DNA from: Eledone cirrhosa
Taxonomy: Eukaryota
Direction: 5' to 3'
Assembly (NCBI GenBank): GCA_964016885.1
Contig: OZ024758.1
Location: 32,736,001-32,800,000, forward strand
Length of the DNA stretch: 64,000 bases
Shown piece after piece: positions 43,851 to 57,459 of the stretch; the first letter of the stretch is position 1; the number at the start of each line of letters is the position of its first letter. Under the pieces are notes generated by a model, which worked only from the letters and a program-made list of their open reading frames with translations, had not been told where the DNA came from and ran no database searches. A program made the position numbers and the translations under genes.

Positions 43851-44207
43851 ATGGAAAACGAAGAATCATTGATGCATCAGAACATAATTTATTACGTATT
43901 ACAATTGTTTCTCCAGCGAACAACTCGAGGTTCGAACCTGACTCTGGATTTGCAAGTTCCTCAGATACGTCTAGTGATTTCAAAGTGAATTCTCTTTCTA
44001 CTTCGAAATCACTAGACGTATCGGAGCAACTTGAAAATCCAGAGTCAGGTTCGACCCACAAACAGGTCGCACCTCGAGCTGTCCACCGGAGAAACAATTG
44101 TAATATGTAATAATTCGTTTTCCATTCTATCATACTCTGCTCCGAAGGAGCATAGAGTGCTCAACCGGTATACCACCTATGGATGCATCCTAGCAACCCT
44201 AAGACAT
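43851..44207. mobile_element. Palindromic mini-element with hammerhead-like motif 43894-43970 (-)
   Basis: ACGTAT-CTGAGGA-...-GAA-AC-AATT-GT-A-ATACGT; stem II irregular. Confidence 0.65.
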
Positions 44208-45650
44208 ATAGAAAATCTTCTACAGGACTAGAACTGTTTCATTCATGAGAAATCAATAGGAAGCTGACTGTCCGAGTAAATATGGTGGTATTTATATCTT
44301 TTCTGGTGGTAGGAGAGGATGGGATTGGGATGGGTGGAGGTCATTGGTTGATGGGTTTAAAGAAAAGGGAATTCTTTAAAAGCTAATTCTTTAAAGCTAT
44401 AATTTATATTTAGAGTGACAAAGGCAGAAAGAATTCTATAAACAAGTTCAAATTGGAGTGCCACTCCTTATTTTTAAATTTCTCTTAAGTTAACAATGCC
44501 TATATTTCAGTTGTCTACAAGCACATTCACACACATCTATGTATATATATATATATAAAACTTTTACTCCCGCACACTCGCAAAAAACCATACTCTGATA
44601 CCTATATGTATATACACACATACACACATATATATATATATATATCTATCTGTATATATATGAAAATGTAGTTTTCTGTATGTGTGTGTGGTCATTTTTT
44701 TACAGAGCCTCTCCTTGCACAAAAGCTGTACATGATCTAAAAAGGCTTTCAAAAATCGATATTGGGGCCTTTGGAGACATTAAAAAAGTTTCGGTTATTT
44801 GTGTCAATTTTCGTGATTAAGTAAGACAAGAGTTATCTTTCGTCAATACAATAGGAACTCATTTTTGATGCTGTCAAAAATTTTGTTTGGGGATTTTGAT
44901 TATTACAATTCGGCTCATTCGGATTTTACTTTACTCTTTGTACTTGAAACAAAAGGTTTTACTGTTGTCTAAAAATGTTATACCTAGACTGGATTTCTGT
45001 TGTTACATGGGATAATGGATGACACCGAGCTCACATAATTATTTCGCTGGAATAGTGCCTAAGGTTTTCATGTTTACATAAAGTACGTTTTTCTTCTATG
45101 TATTCAAATTTACTTTGTTTAGTTTAATGAGCTACACGGAAAGCTACTTGAACCGTCCAAAGACGGGTAGTTTAGCTAGTATGTATATATATATATATGT
45201 ATGTATATATATATATGGGGAGACCCAAGAAGATCTGGGATGAGGTGATAAAGGCCGACCTTACCCAATTGCACCTCTCAAGAGCAATGACACACGACCG
45301 TGACCTCTGGCGTCATGCAGTAATACAGAAGACCCGATCCCCCACAGGTACAAGCCGAAGCTGAAGCATATAGACAATATGCCCCACACCCTCCCACTGC
45401 AAAGTGGTCGTGGAGGTGCCACGGCAAAAAAGCACCCAGCCCACACTGTAAAGTGGACGTGTAGGCGCCATGGAAAAAAAGCACCCAGCACTGACGGTAA
45501 ATGAGGTTGGTGTTAGGAAGGGCATCCAGCTGAAGAAACCCCTGCAAGCAGGGAAAAGCGGACATAAAACGATGATGATGATATATAATGTATATATTAT
45601 GTGTATAACCTTGCAAGCAGGGAAACGTGGACGTAAAATGATGATGATGA

Positions 45651-45715
<65 letters not shown>

Positions 45716-47633
45716 TATATTATGTATATATATATATATATATATTGTATGTATGTTATATATATAATATGTATATATACATAATATATATATATAATAT
45801 ATATCATCATCATTTTACGTCCACTTTTCCCTGCCTGCTTGCAAGGTTTGAACGGGTCCTATTCAGCACAGCATCACTCCACCCGTCACGGTCCTTCGTC
45901 ATCTCCTCCGTGAGTTTCAGCGATCTGAGGTCTGCTCTCACCACCCATGTTTTACGTGGTCTACCTCTACTGCGTCTTCCCTCCACTGGGACTTCCTGGC
46001 ACTTCTTCACCCATCGGTCATCCTCCATGCACATCACATGTCCATACCACCTCAGCCTTCTCTCCTGCACACCACAACTTATCCCTCTTATACCCAGTTT
46101 CTTTCTCAACTCGTCTATGCTTGGTCATTCACGCACATTGACATTGCACATCCAACGCAACACTGATTCTTCATTTTCCATATTATATATATATATATAA
46201 TAAATATATATGTATATAATAATAATAATAATAAATATATATATAATCATCATCATCATCATTGTTTAACGTGTATCTTCCACGCTAGCATGGGTTAGAT
46301 GGGAATTGTCCTATTTGAGGCAAGATTGGTCGGGTGACCATGTCTCACTCATATACGACTATCTGGCAGATTTTCTACAGCTGGATGCCCTTCTTAACAC
46401 CAACCACATTTACAGTGTGGACTGGGAGCTTTTTACTGTCTTACATTACAGAGTGGACTATATATATATTTTTTTCGTTGGGACACCTACATGACCTCAT
46501 TAGTTTGGACTGGATGCTGTTGTACCAACATAACTTTATAGAGAAAGGGTGGTGTTGGCGGGAGTGGAAGGCTGGAGTATGGTTAGTGGATTGGGATGTA
46601 TGTTTGGTTTGGAGGGGCCTACTGACTGAAGGTTAACTTTACACATAGGGAACGCAGGTCTTCTGTATTACTGCATGGGGCCACTATTGTGGTTAGTTTA
46701 TTTTTCATGGAAACGTGGCTTTTTTCCTGTTGCCACCGTCGCTGTGGTGGGGTAATCGCTGGTGTTGTTGTTATTGGTGTTACCAATGGCTTAATACTGA
46801 CATAGATGATACCACCACTACTACAACAAACGGGGTGGGTGATGGGAGGTGTTGGAGCTTGTTGCTGTTGTCGTTGTTGTTGCTGTTTGTGGTCATGGTG
46901 ATTGATACCACCAACTCTGTGTACCCACCTACCTCTGAACTCCTTTTGGCCTTATTGCTGTTATTGTCGACAGGGTGGTACTGTCACTGCGACGACTACG
47001 GCCTGTATACACGACGATGGTCTGTGTTTTTGCTGTTGTTGTTGTAAGTGTTTACTGTAGCTGTTGCTTTAGTTGTTGTTGTCAATAGGGTGATGGTATC
47101 ACTACAACTATTGCGGCCAGTGTGGACAACTTTGGTCGACGGTTTGCTGTTATTGTCGTTGTTGTAGTCTATAGATGGTTGTCAACAAAATATATACCCC
47201 CTCCCCCCACCTCAGAGCTCCATTTATTACTTTCACTGTCTACTGGGTTTTGGCTACACCAAGTTTTTCGGTTTTTTTTCGGTATTTTTCGTTTTTTTCG
47301 TTGATAGCTTTTTCTAGTAAACACGACGGCTGGCAAACCCTTCAAGGAACTCATATGTCTGCTGGGCGCACAAGCAATAGGACGTGTGTTTTTTTTCCTG
47401 CCAGCGACATATCAAACATATCGGATTTTCATCTGAGGATACCGTTCTCATAATCAACAGCAAATGCATGAAGGACATCTCGATTGCATGGAGAACGGTA
47501 GAAATAATTATAATGATTAAATGATATATGTAACCTCAGCATCTTATTTTGTTATTTTTATATATATATATGTATATATGTACATATATATATAAATTAC
47601 AGAATAATCAAAACTATGTTCAAAACATTTTAT

Positions 47634-47680
47634 TGCTGACAATCGTTTCTTCCAAGCTTTTGTTTGGAATCATCGGAGCA
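47634..47680 (-). ncRNA. Hammerhead variant (CCGATGA core)
   Basis: TGCT-CCGATGA-TTCCAA..TTGGAA-GAA-AC-GATT-GT-C-AGCA followed by AATAAA. Confidence 0.68.
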
Positions 47681-48170
47681 CTAACAAAGTTTAGACATAT
47701 AATTAACCTATTCCACAGAACAATCGTAAAGATACATAATTGTTATTGGTGCCATTACCAGTGTCATATTTAAAGAGTGAAGATGATGTGGTCAGTATCA
47801 GTGGATGCGACAAAGATTATAAAAGAATAATACAATTATAGCGGAATTAAAGAAGAAAGTTACTCGCAAAACGAGGACATTAGCAGTACATATGCAAGCA
47901 TATAGAAAGAGTGCAGATGTGTTAGGCATGTACAGAATAACCAGGTAAGATATAAACAATGGTACTAAGTATATATATCACAGTATGGCAAAGATATCAC
48001 ATAATACAATACAGGTATAAAAGCATATTAAGCAGACAGAGATGCGTGGGTATGAAAAGCAGTTTCTATGAAGTTTATGGTGGATGTAGTGTGATATAAG
48101 TATAAATAATATTATTATTATTATTATATATATATATATGTATATATATGTATATATATATGTATGTGTG

Positions 48171-48263
<93 letters not shown>

Positions 48264-48266
48264 GTA

Positions 48267-48343
<77 letters not shown>

Positions 48344-48348
48344 GTATA

Positions 48349-48455
<107 letters not shown>

Positions 48456-48484
48456 GTACATATATATATGTACATATACACATA

Positions 48485-48938
48485 TACCCACATGTAACCG
48501 AGTACAACCTGTCCCATAGTCAGGTCGCCAGCGACTAAACCGGCAACCTCACCACGCTTGCTTGGTGAGGTTGGACACCCTGTGGGATATTTGGACACCC
48601 TGTGGGATGAAATACAAGAGCCGGCAAGAGTCAGCAGAGTCAACAGCCATCCAAATAGTACCCCCCTCCCCACATACACCTGGGAGTGAAAGGCCCCCAG
48701 TTGTTGTCACATCACCTTTCTAAGATAGTGGAACTCTGAAAAAAAACCTGCGGCTTCAGAAGCATCCGATGATGTTGACCAGTTCTCCTTTTCCAGTAGT
48801 GTTTTTGATGCTCAGAGATTGGGATTGGTCGAGTGCAAGGACTTTCCCCACTTAAAAAAACCTTCAAAGCACAGGCATTGCTTGTTCAGGATATGTTACA
48901 AGTGATTGCAATACTCTTAGCAGAGTCTGCAGCCATCA
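48485..48938 (+). mobile_element. Non-autonomous RTE-derived element related to 1332-1940 (also 52405-52692)
   Basis: Colinear homology blocks; ends CAGCCATCA next to (TA)n. Confidence 0.68.
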
Positions 48939-49380
48939 CATATACACACATATATATATACATATATATATATTATATATAGTAATAATAATAAATTAAG
49001 ACTAAAATCCAAAGAGGGCTCGATAAGGATAAATATATATCAGATATATAAGAACCATAGAGCAAATATTTATTAAAATATATATATTTATTATGTTTTA
49101 ATATCTCTGTGTGTGCATTGGTTATATATGCATATGATTATTCTTTTAAATTTCCAATTGAGTTCTTATACACGTGGTTTATACCTAACAGGTTTAATTG
49201 ACCAGCGTGTATATTGTTTTATTTTATGATAACCTCCCTTTACCCTTTTGGGGACAGCGTGTAATTTTTATTTGGGAGAACTGGTTGATTTTAATCTACC
49301 AGTCTCTTCTTAGCGCTGAGGGAGATCATCACCATTATATTGATGTTGATATAATTCATATATCGATATTAATTTGGGCA

Positions 49381-49504
49381 TCCACTGATGAGTTTATAAG
49401 AGCCCGCTTGTGTATAAAACTACGGATTATATACAAGTTTCTACATAACCTAGAAATTATTTATCCCAATTTGTAGAAATCTTATAATGAAACGGCCGTC
49501 TGGA
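49381..49504 (+). ncRNA. Type I hammerhead with branched stem II
   Basis: TCCA-CTGATGA-GTTTATAAGA-[two hairpins]-TCTTATAAT-GAA-AC-GGCC-GT-C-TGGA; downstream terminus 49520-49682 resembles 43105-43262. Confidence 0.8.
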
Positions 49505-49989
49505 AGGAAAGAGATATTTATTTAATAATATCTCATATACAACCAATTTTCCATGAAATACTGATTAGTTAGCACCCCAAACACTAAATTGGGATAATAC
49601 TTAAGTATATCCTAATGTTTGAGTGAGATGGAATTGGTCGGAGTATCGCTTAAGGCTTTCTCTGTTTATGTATTGAAATTGTATATATATATACGTATAC
49701 TTTATTTGGTAATGATTGTGTCTATGTGCTGTTGCAGGAGATAAGATAAGCAAAACTACATTGGAGAATGTTGTTTTTAAGGTCTCTGTTCATGGGATAA
49801 TTGCAGATATGACATAAGGTGTCTAGGTTAAATATAGATAATGATTGAATGTGGAAAGTTAGGGAGGAACAAAAAAATTAGCACCTTCTGCTTCAAAAAA
49901 ATCAGCAACCTTCACCTGTTTCTTATCTCTTAGAGGACAGTTACATGTATTTAATAAAAGATTAATAGTGATGAAAGTACACTCTTCCT

Positions 49990-50870
49990 GATACATCTAC
50001 TCAGGTGAATCTGTCCTTAACATTAATGACTGCTTCAATACGAGGTCTGAAATGTTGTCATGCCCTTATAAGATGATCTATATCTATTTTGGACAGACTT
50101 CAGACATGTTATTGTGTTATGGGGGCATTGATTGATTTCCCTCTCAACTAAGCCACATATGTAATAGTCTAATGGATTCAGATTTCAAGAGCTAGGAAAC
50201 CATATGTTTGGGGTGATACAATCGTGGGGATTGTATCTCATCTATTCTTGGGTTATTTTGGCCTTATGAGATGGCACAGACTCTTGTTGGCAGGTGTACG
50301 GTCTTCTTACCAGCATGTATTGTCAGCAGCATTGATATTTAATTCCTGGGGAAAGAAGTGAGGATGCATGACATTTCCCTCATTGCTCATGACTCTCAGA
50401 ACCATTATAATTGCCAGTAACTTAGTGTGCATGACTGCTAGAACATCTTTAGGGTCTCTGCTTAACTATATATCATACTTTGGTTGACCTTTTGGTCCTG
50501 ATCAAAGTTTTTCTCATCAGAGAAAAACCAAAGCATTCTTGGCTGTTGGTGTTTCAATTTACTCAACAAGCAATGTTGTGAATCAGAGAGTTATCTCTTG
50601 TCACTTGACCTCTCCCTATCACATATGACTTGTATCGAAGGTCCGTACACACAGTTCTATTGTGTGTCTTAAAACCTTGATTTGAAGGAATGGAAATGAT
50701 ATTATCATGGTTGATGGCTCTATTGGTTTGATGTGATCTGAGGTGTACTTGTACAGAATATGCATATTTATATGTTGGTGAGCTGGGAAGAGTAGAAAGA
50801 AATATAGAGATATATGGAGTTATATGCAAATGGGATAGCAAATGTGGGATCTTGTTCTTGCTCAACACAA
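49990..50870 (-). pseudogene. Degenerate Tc1/mariner (maT/DD37D-like) transposase
   Basis: DLRYKSYVIGRGQ...WFFSDEKNFDQDQKVN...MSNEGNVMHPHFF...QQESVPSHKAK...WFPSS*NLNPLDY. Confidence 0.85.
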
Positions 50871-53832
50871 TAGAAAGCTATTTTCATAGCATTCATGTGG
50901 ACTCGTATAGGGAGGATAACATGGTTATGCTTTCAAATAACACGAGTGTAAAATCACAAAAATAAGATTCAACAAATAAAGCCTTATCAAAACTGAAAAC
51001 CATATGAACTGATCAAGAAACTAAATAGCTTTCTTCTTCTTCACCCATTTATTTCTGAGAGGGTCATGGGAGCAGAGTCCTCCAACACTCCTTCTACCAG
51101 GTCCTGTCAGAAATCACTCTCTCCAACTGATCCAGCTGGATCCCTAAGTGAGACCAGTCAAGCTCATGGATGTTATTCAACCATCTTGTTCGGGGCATAC
51201 ACCTGGGTCTCTTGCCTGTAAAACCTGTCAGCGATTCTTTCCTGAGATATTCTAACCACATGTCTGTAATATTGGAGCTGTGGTCTCTCAATTTGGAGAA
51301 GTAGTGGCTCTACCTGAAGCAACTCTCTCATCTCTGAGTTATGCACTTTATTGAGTAACATTACTCCAAAAACCCTTTAGAGGAATCCCAGAAACTAAAT
51401 AGCATTTTTTTAAAATATACATCCACATAACATGAAAGCACCCACCATCATCATCAGCGTTTAATGTCCATTTTTCTATGCTAGCATGGGTTAGATGAGT
51501 TGTCCTATTGTGAGACAAGTCAGATCAGATGGCTGTGTCTCGCTCACACAGAACTGTTTCTGGCCTGGTTGCTATAGCTGGATGCCCTCATTCGTTTAAC
51601 AAGTGGGGTGGAGCTCATCAAATCGGACCGAGGAAACAATGTTTCCATTGGTCTTTCCAATTGCTAGTACTATCTGTCAATTGCAAATCCAGGTAGAAAG
51701 AGCAACATGAAATAAAGTGTCTTGCTGAAGGACATAATGTATTGTCAGGCCTGGAAATTGAAATCACAACTTCATCATCATCATCATCATCGTTTAACGT
51801 CCATATTCCACGCTTGAATGGGTTTGGACGGGAGTTTTCCCACTTGAGGCAAGAGTGGTTGTCTTGCTCGCATAGGACTGTCTGGCGGGTTTTCTACGGC
51901 TGGATGCCCTTCCTAACACCAACCACGTTTACAGTGTGGACTGGGAGGTTTTTACAGTGTTACCTACACGGCCACATTACAGCGTGGACTGTGTGTTTTT
52001 TTGTTGTGACATCTACACGACCTCGTTTGTTTCGGGCTGGATGTTGTGGTACCAACATAACTTTACATTGAAAGGGGTGGTGTGGATGGGGTGGGGGTAG
52101 TGGGACGGGGGTGTATTTTTGTTAGAGGTGCCTACTGACTGTAGTAGGTTTCACTTTGTACTTAGGTAAGGCGGGTCTTCTGTATTACTGTGTAGCGCCA
52201 AAGATCTCGGTCCAGTGACATTGTCTTGGAGAGGTGTAAGTGTGTGAGGTCGGAATTTATCAAGTCGTCCCAGGTTTTTTCTGGGTCTGCCTACTCCGTG
52301 GCTACCGTCTATTTTTATTGCCCTGCACTTTTTCATACAGCTGTATCCAAAAGTGTGTAAATATGTATATACACATGTACCGCGCGGTTAAACCACTGGG
52401 ATTGAAGGACCCCTAGCCTTTGTCAGGGCATTCTTCTAGGAGAAGGCAACTCAGGAAACTGGGATAACTCTGATATAAAACCTGCGGCTCAGTAGTTACT
52501 GATGATGTTGATCTTTTCTTCTTTTCAGGTTATAGCTACTGTCGCTCAGAGAGTGGGATTGGCTCAGTGCACAGTTTTTCCTCACTTTAAAAAATATCTT
52601 CACGCACAGGAATTGCACGACAAAATTAATTAATAATTATTAATAATGGTATATCGTGCAATGGCCATACTCGATAACGAGGGGTCAGCCATCATATATA
52701 TATATATACACACATACATATCAACATCATTTAATGTCCACTTCCCCTGCTAGCAAAGGGTGGATATGTCTACATAGACCAAGTCAGTATTAAAGTGGGG
52801 CTACTGACCTCCTAGATAGGCCGAGGGCTCTGTATCCTGCATCATATATCCTAATCAAGTGCAAAGGAGCAGTTGTGTCTTTTGACACAAATTGAAGGTT
52901 ACTCCTTACCTCTTGTATGACAAGCTTTCTCTGGTGTTAGGAAGGGCATCCAGTTCTGTATGAGCAAGACACATCTGATCTGACTAGTCTCACAAAGGGA
53001 CAACTCATCTAGCCCATGCTAGCATGGCAAAATGGATATTAAATGGTGGTAATGATGATGATTATTTCCAAAGTTCCATATTTCACCAATGTTGTTCATA
53101 TCATCCAACTATTTCATGACAGTATACTATATGGGAGTGTCTCTAACTGTCTGGATTGGCATGAAACAATAATATAATCAAAGTAGCAACCAAAAGAATT
53201 ATAATAATGACATCCTTTTGTTTTGTACAAGACCACAAATAAAATCAATATCATACAACCACATTGTTTATAATTTTATAAGAAGCCAACATATATACAA
53301 GATGACAATGAAATAATATACATTACTAGACAACTAACAGAAAATACAATGTGCTGTGACAAAACCACGTATGTTTACATAAAATAAAGTTTGTTTCCAA
53401 TGAGAAGACAATCAGGATATCCCCAAACTTTTAGCGCTCTTCAATTTAGAGCTTTCATCCAAATCATGAATTGAACCCCTTGGTATGGTCCTGTAACTCC
53501 TAGGGGTGTTGTAGTGATATACAGCGTTTCTTGAGTATTTTAAGCCTGGTGGAGCCCACCCCTCTCCAGGCCTGAGTACAGCAGATTTCTTCCAGAGAAA
53601 GATAGAAAGTGAGAGAGAGGAAATGAGAAAGAGATATAGAGGAAGAATTGACCCCAGTACTAGACTGGTACTTTTTTAATCAACCTTGAAAGGATGAAAG
53701 ACAAAGTTGACCTTGGTGGGATTTGAACTCAAAGAGCAGAGAGCTGGAATGAATACCACAAAGCATTCTATCCAACATTCTAATGATTCTGCTAATTCTC
53801 TGACAATTGAACCACTTATTTACACTAAACTT

Positions 53833-55257
53833 GCAATTATTACCAACCTTTTATAAAATGTATCCATTGAGAGATCACCTTCTCTCTCTCTCTTCTACTA
53901 GCAGTGTTAGTAGCATTAGCAATATAGGATAAATTATTCAGTTCCTCAAATGTGTCCGTAATGTAAAATCATGAAAAACTATCTCCCATATACTTCTCCA
54001 ATCACAAGGGTTCATACCAATCAGATTTCAACCAAGAATTCTCACCAACAAAGAACATAGTGGTAGTGGTCATGGCAATATTGTCTTTTTGGGGCCCTTA
54101 GTACTTAAAATATTATGGTGCTCACTCCCACCTTACCCATATATAAACTCTAACAAAAAAAACTTTTTGTAAATGAAAAATACAATTAATTTTAATAAAA
54201 TGAGGCCCCTTTTCCCTAGATGATCTAAGCATGTGCTTATTTAATTAATGATTAATACATCCCTGGTAGTGGTAATAAACATCGTTATTAAGGTAGCTTA
54301 TGGTTAACTATATGCATGGCCCATAACTCCTGAGTCATAGGGGTGTTACATAATGGCACACCATTTCTAGGTCTGTTCACAGCAGATTTCATCCAGGGAA
54401 AGCTAGAAGAATAGAGGAAGTGAGAAATAGATATAGCAGAAGAATTGAACCCAGTATTAGACTGGTACCTTTTTTTTTTATCAACCTTGAATGGATGAAA
54501 AGCTAAGTTGACTTCAGTGGGATTTGAACTCAGATAGCAGAGAGCCGGAATAAACACTGCTAAGCATTCTATCCAACGTTCTAATGCCAATTTGTTGCCT
54601 GTACATTATATACAATATCTAAATTTGTCCACTTGTATTTATTGGGCCAGTTAGTTGACACAAAGTGTTTGCCATCACTCAATATCTATTACTTGTTGAA
54701 CCAATAGCAGTATAATCTGTGAAGGCAAAGCCTGCAAACATTTGAGCAGATTAAAAAAACATCTGTGTCAGATTTACACAAAAATAATGTTCAATAACAA
54801 ACTGAATAAAATTAATCTAAAAATTTATTTAATCTTTCAATGGTAAATGAATAATAAAGAAGAACATGAAATGAATACAAAAAATATCAAACATGCAAAC
54901 ACTGACTACTCTCCAATGAGACAACACTATATCATTTGCTGCTGCTTAGCCTATCAATGTCTTAATCCGTAAATCAATGAAGTTAACACTACATGTACTA
55001 AAAGACTTACTTTTGACTGCTTTCTATTTTAGACTAACTTTTCATCAAATTAAATTTAAATAAAAATCTTTGGTTGAAATCTGTTTGGTATGAACCCTTG
55101 TGATTGGATAAGTATATGGGAGAAAGTTTTGTCATGATTTTGCATTAGACACATTTGAGGAACTGAATAATTTATCCTATATTGCTAATGCTTCTAACAC
55201 TGCTAGTAGAAAACAAAATGTCTTTGGATACATTTTATGAAACGTTGGTAATAATTG
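53833..55257. repeat. About 200-bp inverted repeat pair (53833-54037 and 55069-55257)
   Basis: Clear reverse-complement match, e.g. GCAATATAGGATAAATTATTCAGTTCCTCAAATGTGTC. Confidence 0.8.
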
Positions 55258-57281
55258 TTTCTACTTTAGGCACAAGGCCAGCAATTATCCCAGTGTATTA
55301 CTGGTACTTTATTTTATCGACCCCGTAAAGATGAAAGGCAAAGTTAACCTCGGCAGGATTTGAAGTCAGACCATAAAGGGGCGTATCTCTATGCTGCAAA
55401 GCATGGCGTCCAACCTTCTACTGATACTGCTAATACTCCGCCCTCATTGGTAATAATGGCATTTGATTAAAAAACAAAACACACCAAAGAAAATAACTGA
55501 AATGAAGCAATGGCATGAATTTAGATAAATACATTTACCCTTTAGTGGTTTAAAACTGGCCATATCCAGCCAGAATTCTCTCACATCTTTCTGTTTAAAC
55601 CAGCCACTCATACTGATGTCAATGTATTGTTTTCAAAGTAAATAATATCAAAATCTCATAAATTCAATATTATGTAATATAATTATGAGAGATAAAACCT
55701 TTACCATGAAAATATAATAGTAAATATAGAGTAATGTAAATGTTATGTGAGATATTATGTGAGATAAAACCTTTACCATGAAAATATAATAGTATATATA
55801 GAGTAATGTAAATGCTATGTGAGATATTATGTGAGGTAAAGCCTTTACTGTGAAAATATAATAGTATATATAGAGTAATGTAAATGCTAAAGAGTTAAAG
55901 AGTGATGTACTTAATACTGTAAGAAAAAAAAATGACTTAAATTTCCTTCTTAGTTGGAGAAAAAAAATAGATATTTTCTTTCTCCAACTGAGAAGGAAAT
56001 TTAAATACCCATAATTAGTGACAATCATAGAATATAGGAGATAATTACCAAAAATTAAGAATTAATCCTCAAAATTAATCTACTTACACAAGGAAAAGTC
56101 TGATCTTTGTCTGCAGGCAAGGGTTAGTTATGGACATATTTCAACCTATTGAATCTCATCAAGCTCACCTGGTCAATTGACAAGTATATTTACATGAGTA
56201 TCGGCTGAAAAGTTCATATGCTGACTGTGAAGGAGTGCTGGTATCACGATAAATGCACTTGATAGTGTGTGGGATCATATGTAAGGGAGTTGTGAGCCTC
56301 TGGCCAATCTCAGTATTTGGTAGAGTGGACAAACATATGTGAGATGTAGGCCCTGAGCCCACTATGGGGTCAGTACCCCTGCTTTTATTACCAACCTGGT
56401 CTGCTGATGACCATAGACATTAAATGATGATGATATGTTCATTCTAAGCAGTTGAGATGAATCTAATTTTTATCAGGGTAACAATCTACTGTTGTTAACA
56501 TCCCTTCCCACCCATAAAACAAAATGTGGTACTTAAAATTACATGTCCTCCTACTCATATATGAAAGATGGAATGCAAGTGAGTTGAGAACATTAAACAA
56601 AATGCTATTAATTGACACATATTGATAGTGGAAGGTACTCTTGAGAGAAGAAGATAGCAAAAGACACTAGAAGAGGTGATGACAGAATATCTTGAGGAGG
56701 AGCAATAAGCCTTACAGTAAACCTGTACTCCAGATATGAGCATAGAAAGAGAGATATTAAATTGATCATAATGACACTGATTTTCATGTATGTGCATGTA
56801 TGTATGTATGTGCATGTATGTATGTGCATGTATGTAGGTGCATGTATGTATGTGCATTTGCATTTCTGATTAAATACATAAATAGAAAACTTTTTAATCA
56901 ATCGTAATATTAAATTTTTATACGACCGTGTTAGTTGGAATATATTAAAATTCCAGCTAACTTAACATGGGGGAAGGAAGAATGGACTGAGGTTTCAACA
57001 TCACCAGAAACCATCATCAGAGCAAGGTAGGGATAATTGTCAGTTAGTTACAAGTGATTACTGAGAGGAAGTTCACTATTTGATTACCAGATTTACATAC
57101 CTGATATACTGCATACAATACTTTCAACTGAATAATTGTATAAAAAGCAACAAGAAAGGCAACAAGTATTTTCAGATCTGGTGCCTATTCCTGACATTTG
57201 GTTGAACCCAGTTTATATAGAATTAAAAGGTTTTGACTAGAAAAAACATAAAACACATTCACACCATATTTGAAGTCACGA

Positions 57282-57375
57282 TGTGTATGTCTAGGTAGTC
57301 CAATGTGTATGTCTAGGTAGTCCAATGTGTATGTCTAGGTAGTCCAATGTGTATGTCTAGGTAGTCCAATGTGTA
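57282..57375. repeat. 22-bp tandem repeat, about 4 copies
   Basis: CAATGTGTATGTCTAGGTAGTC. Confidence 0.9.
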
Positions 57376-57459
57376 TCCACTAAGCCATGACCAAGGGTCA
57401 TATTTAAGGATGTGTATTTTACTGCTTATCAAAGGCAGAGACATTGAGATACATATACA

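Noticed and set aside
46690-47500. GTT-rich, CpG-containing stretch as a promoter or first exon
   Set aside because: Low complexity, no recognisable ORF or splice evidence; cannot be supported from sequence alone
53410-53590. About 59-codon open frame on the minus strand (KKSAVLRPGEGWAPP...) as an exon
   Set aside because: Much of it is homologous to 54335-54410 and 19880-19950 next to SINE family 2, so it is repeat-derived
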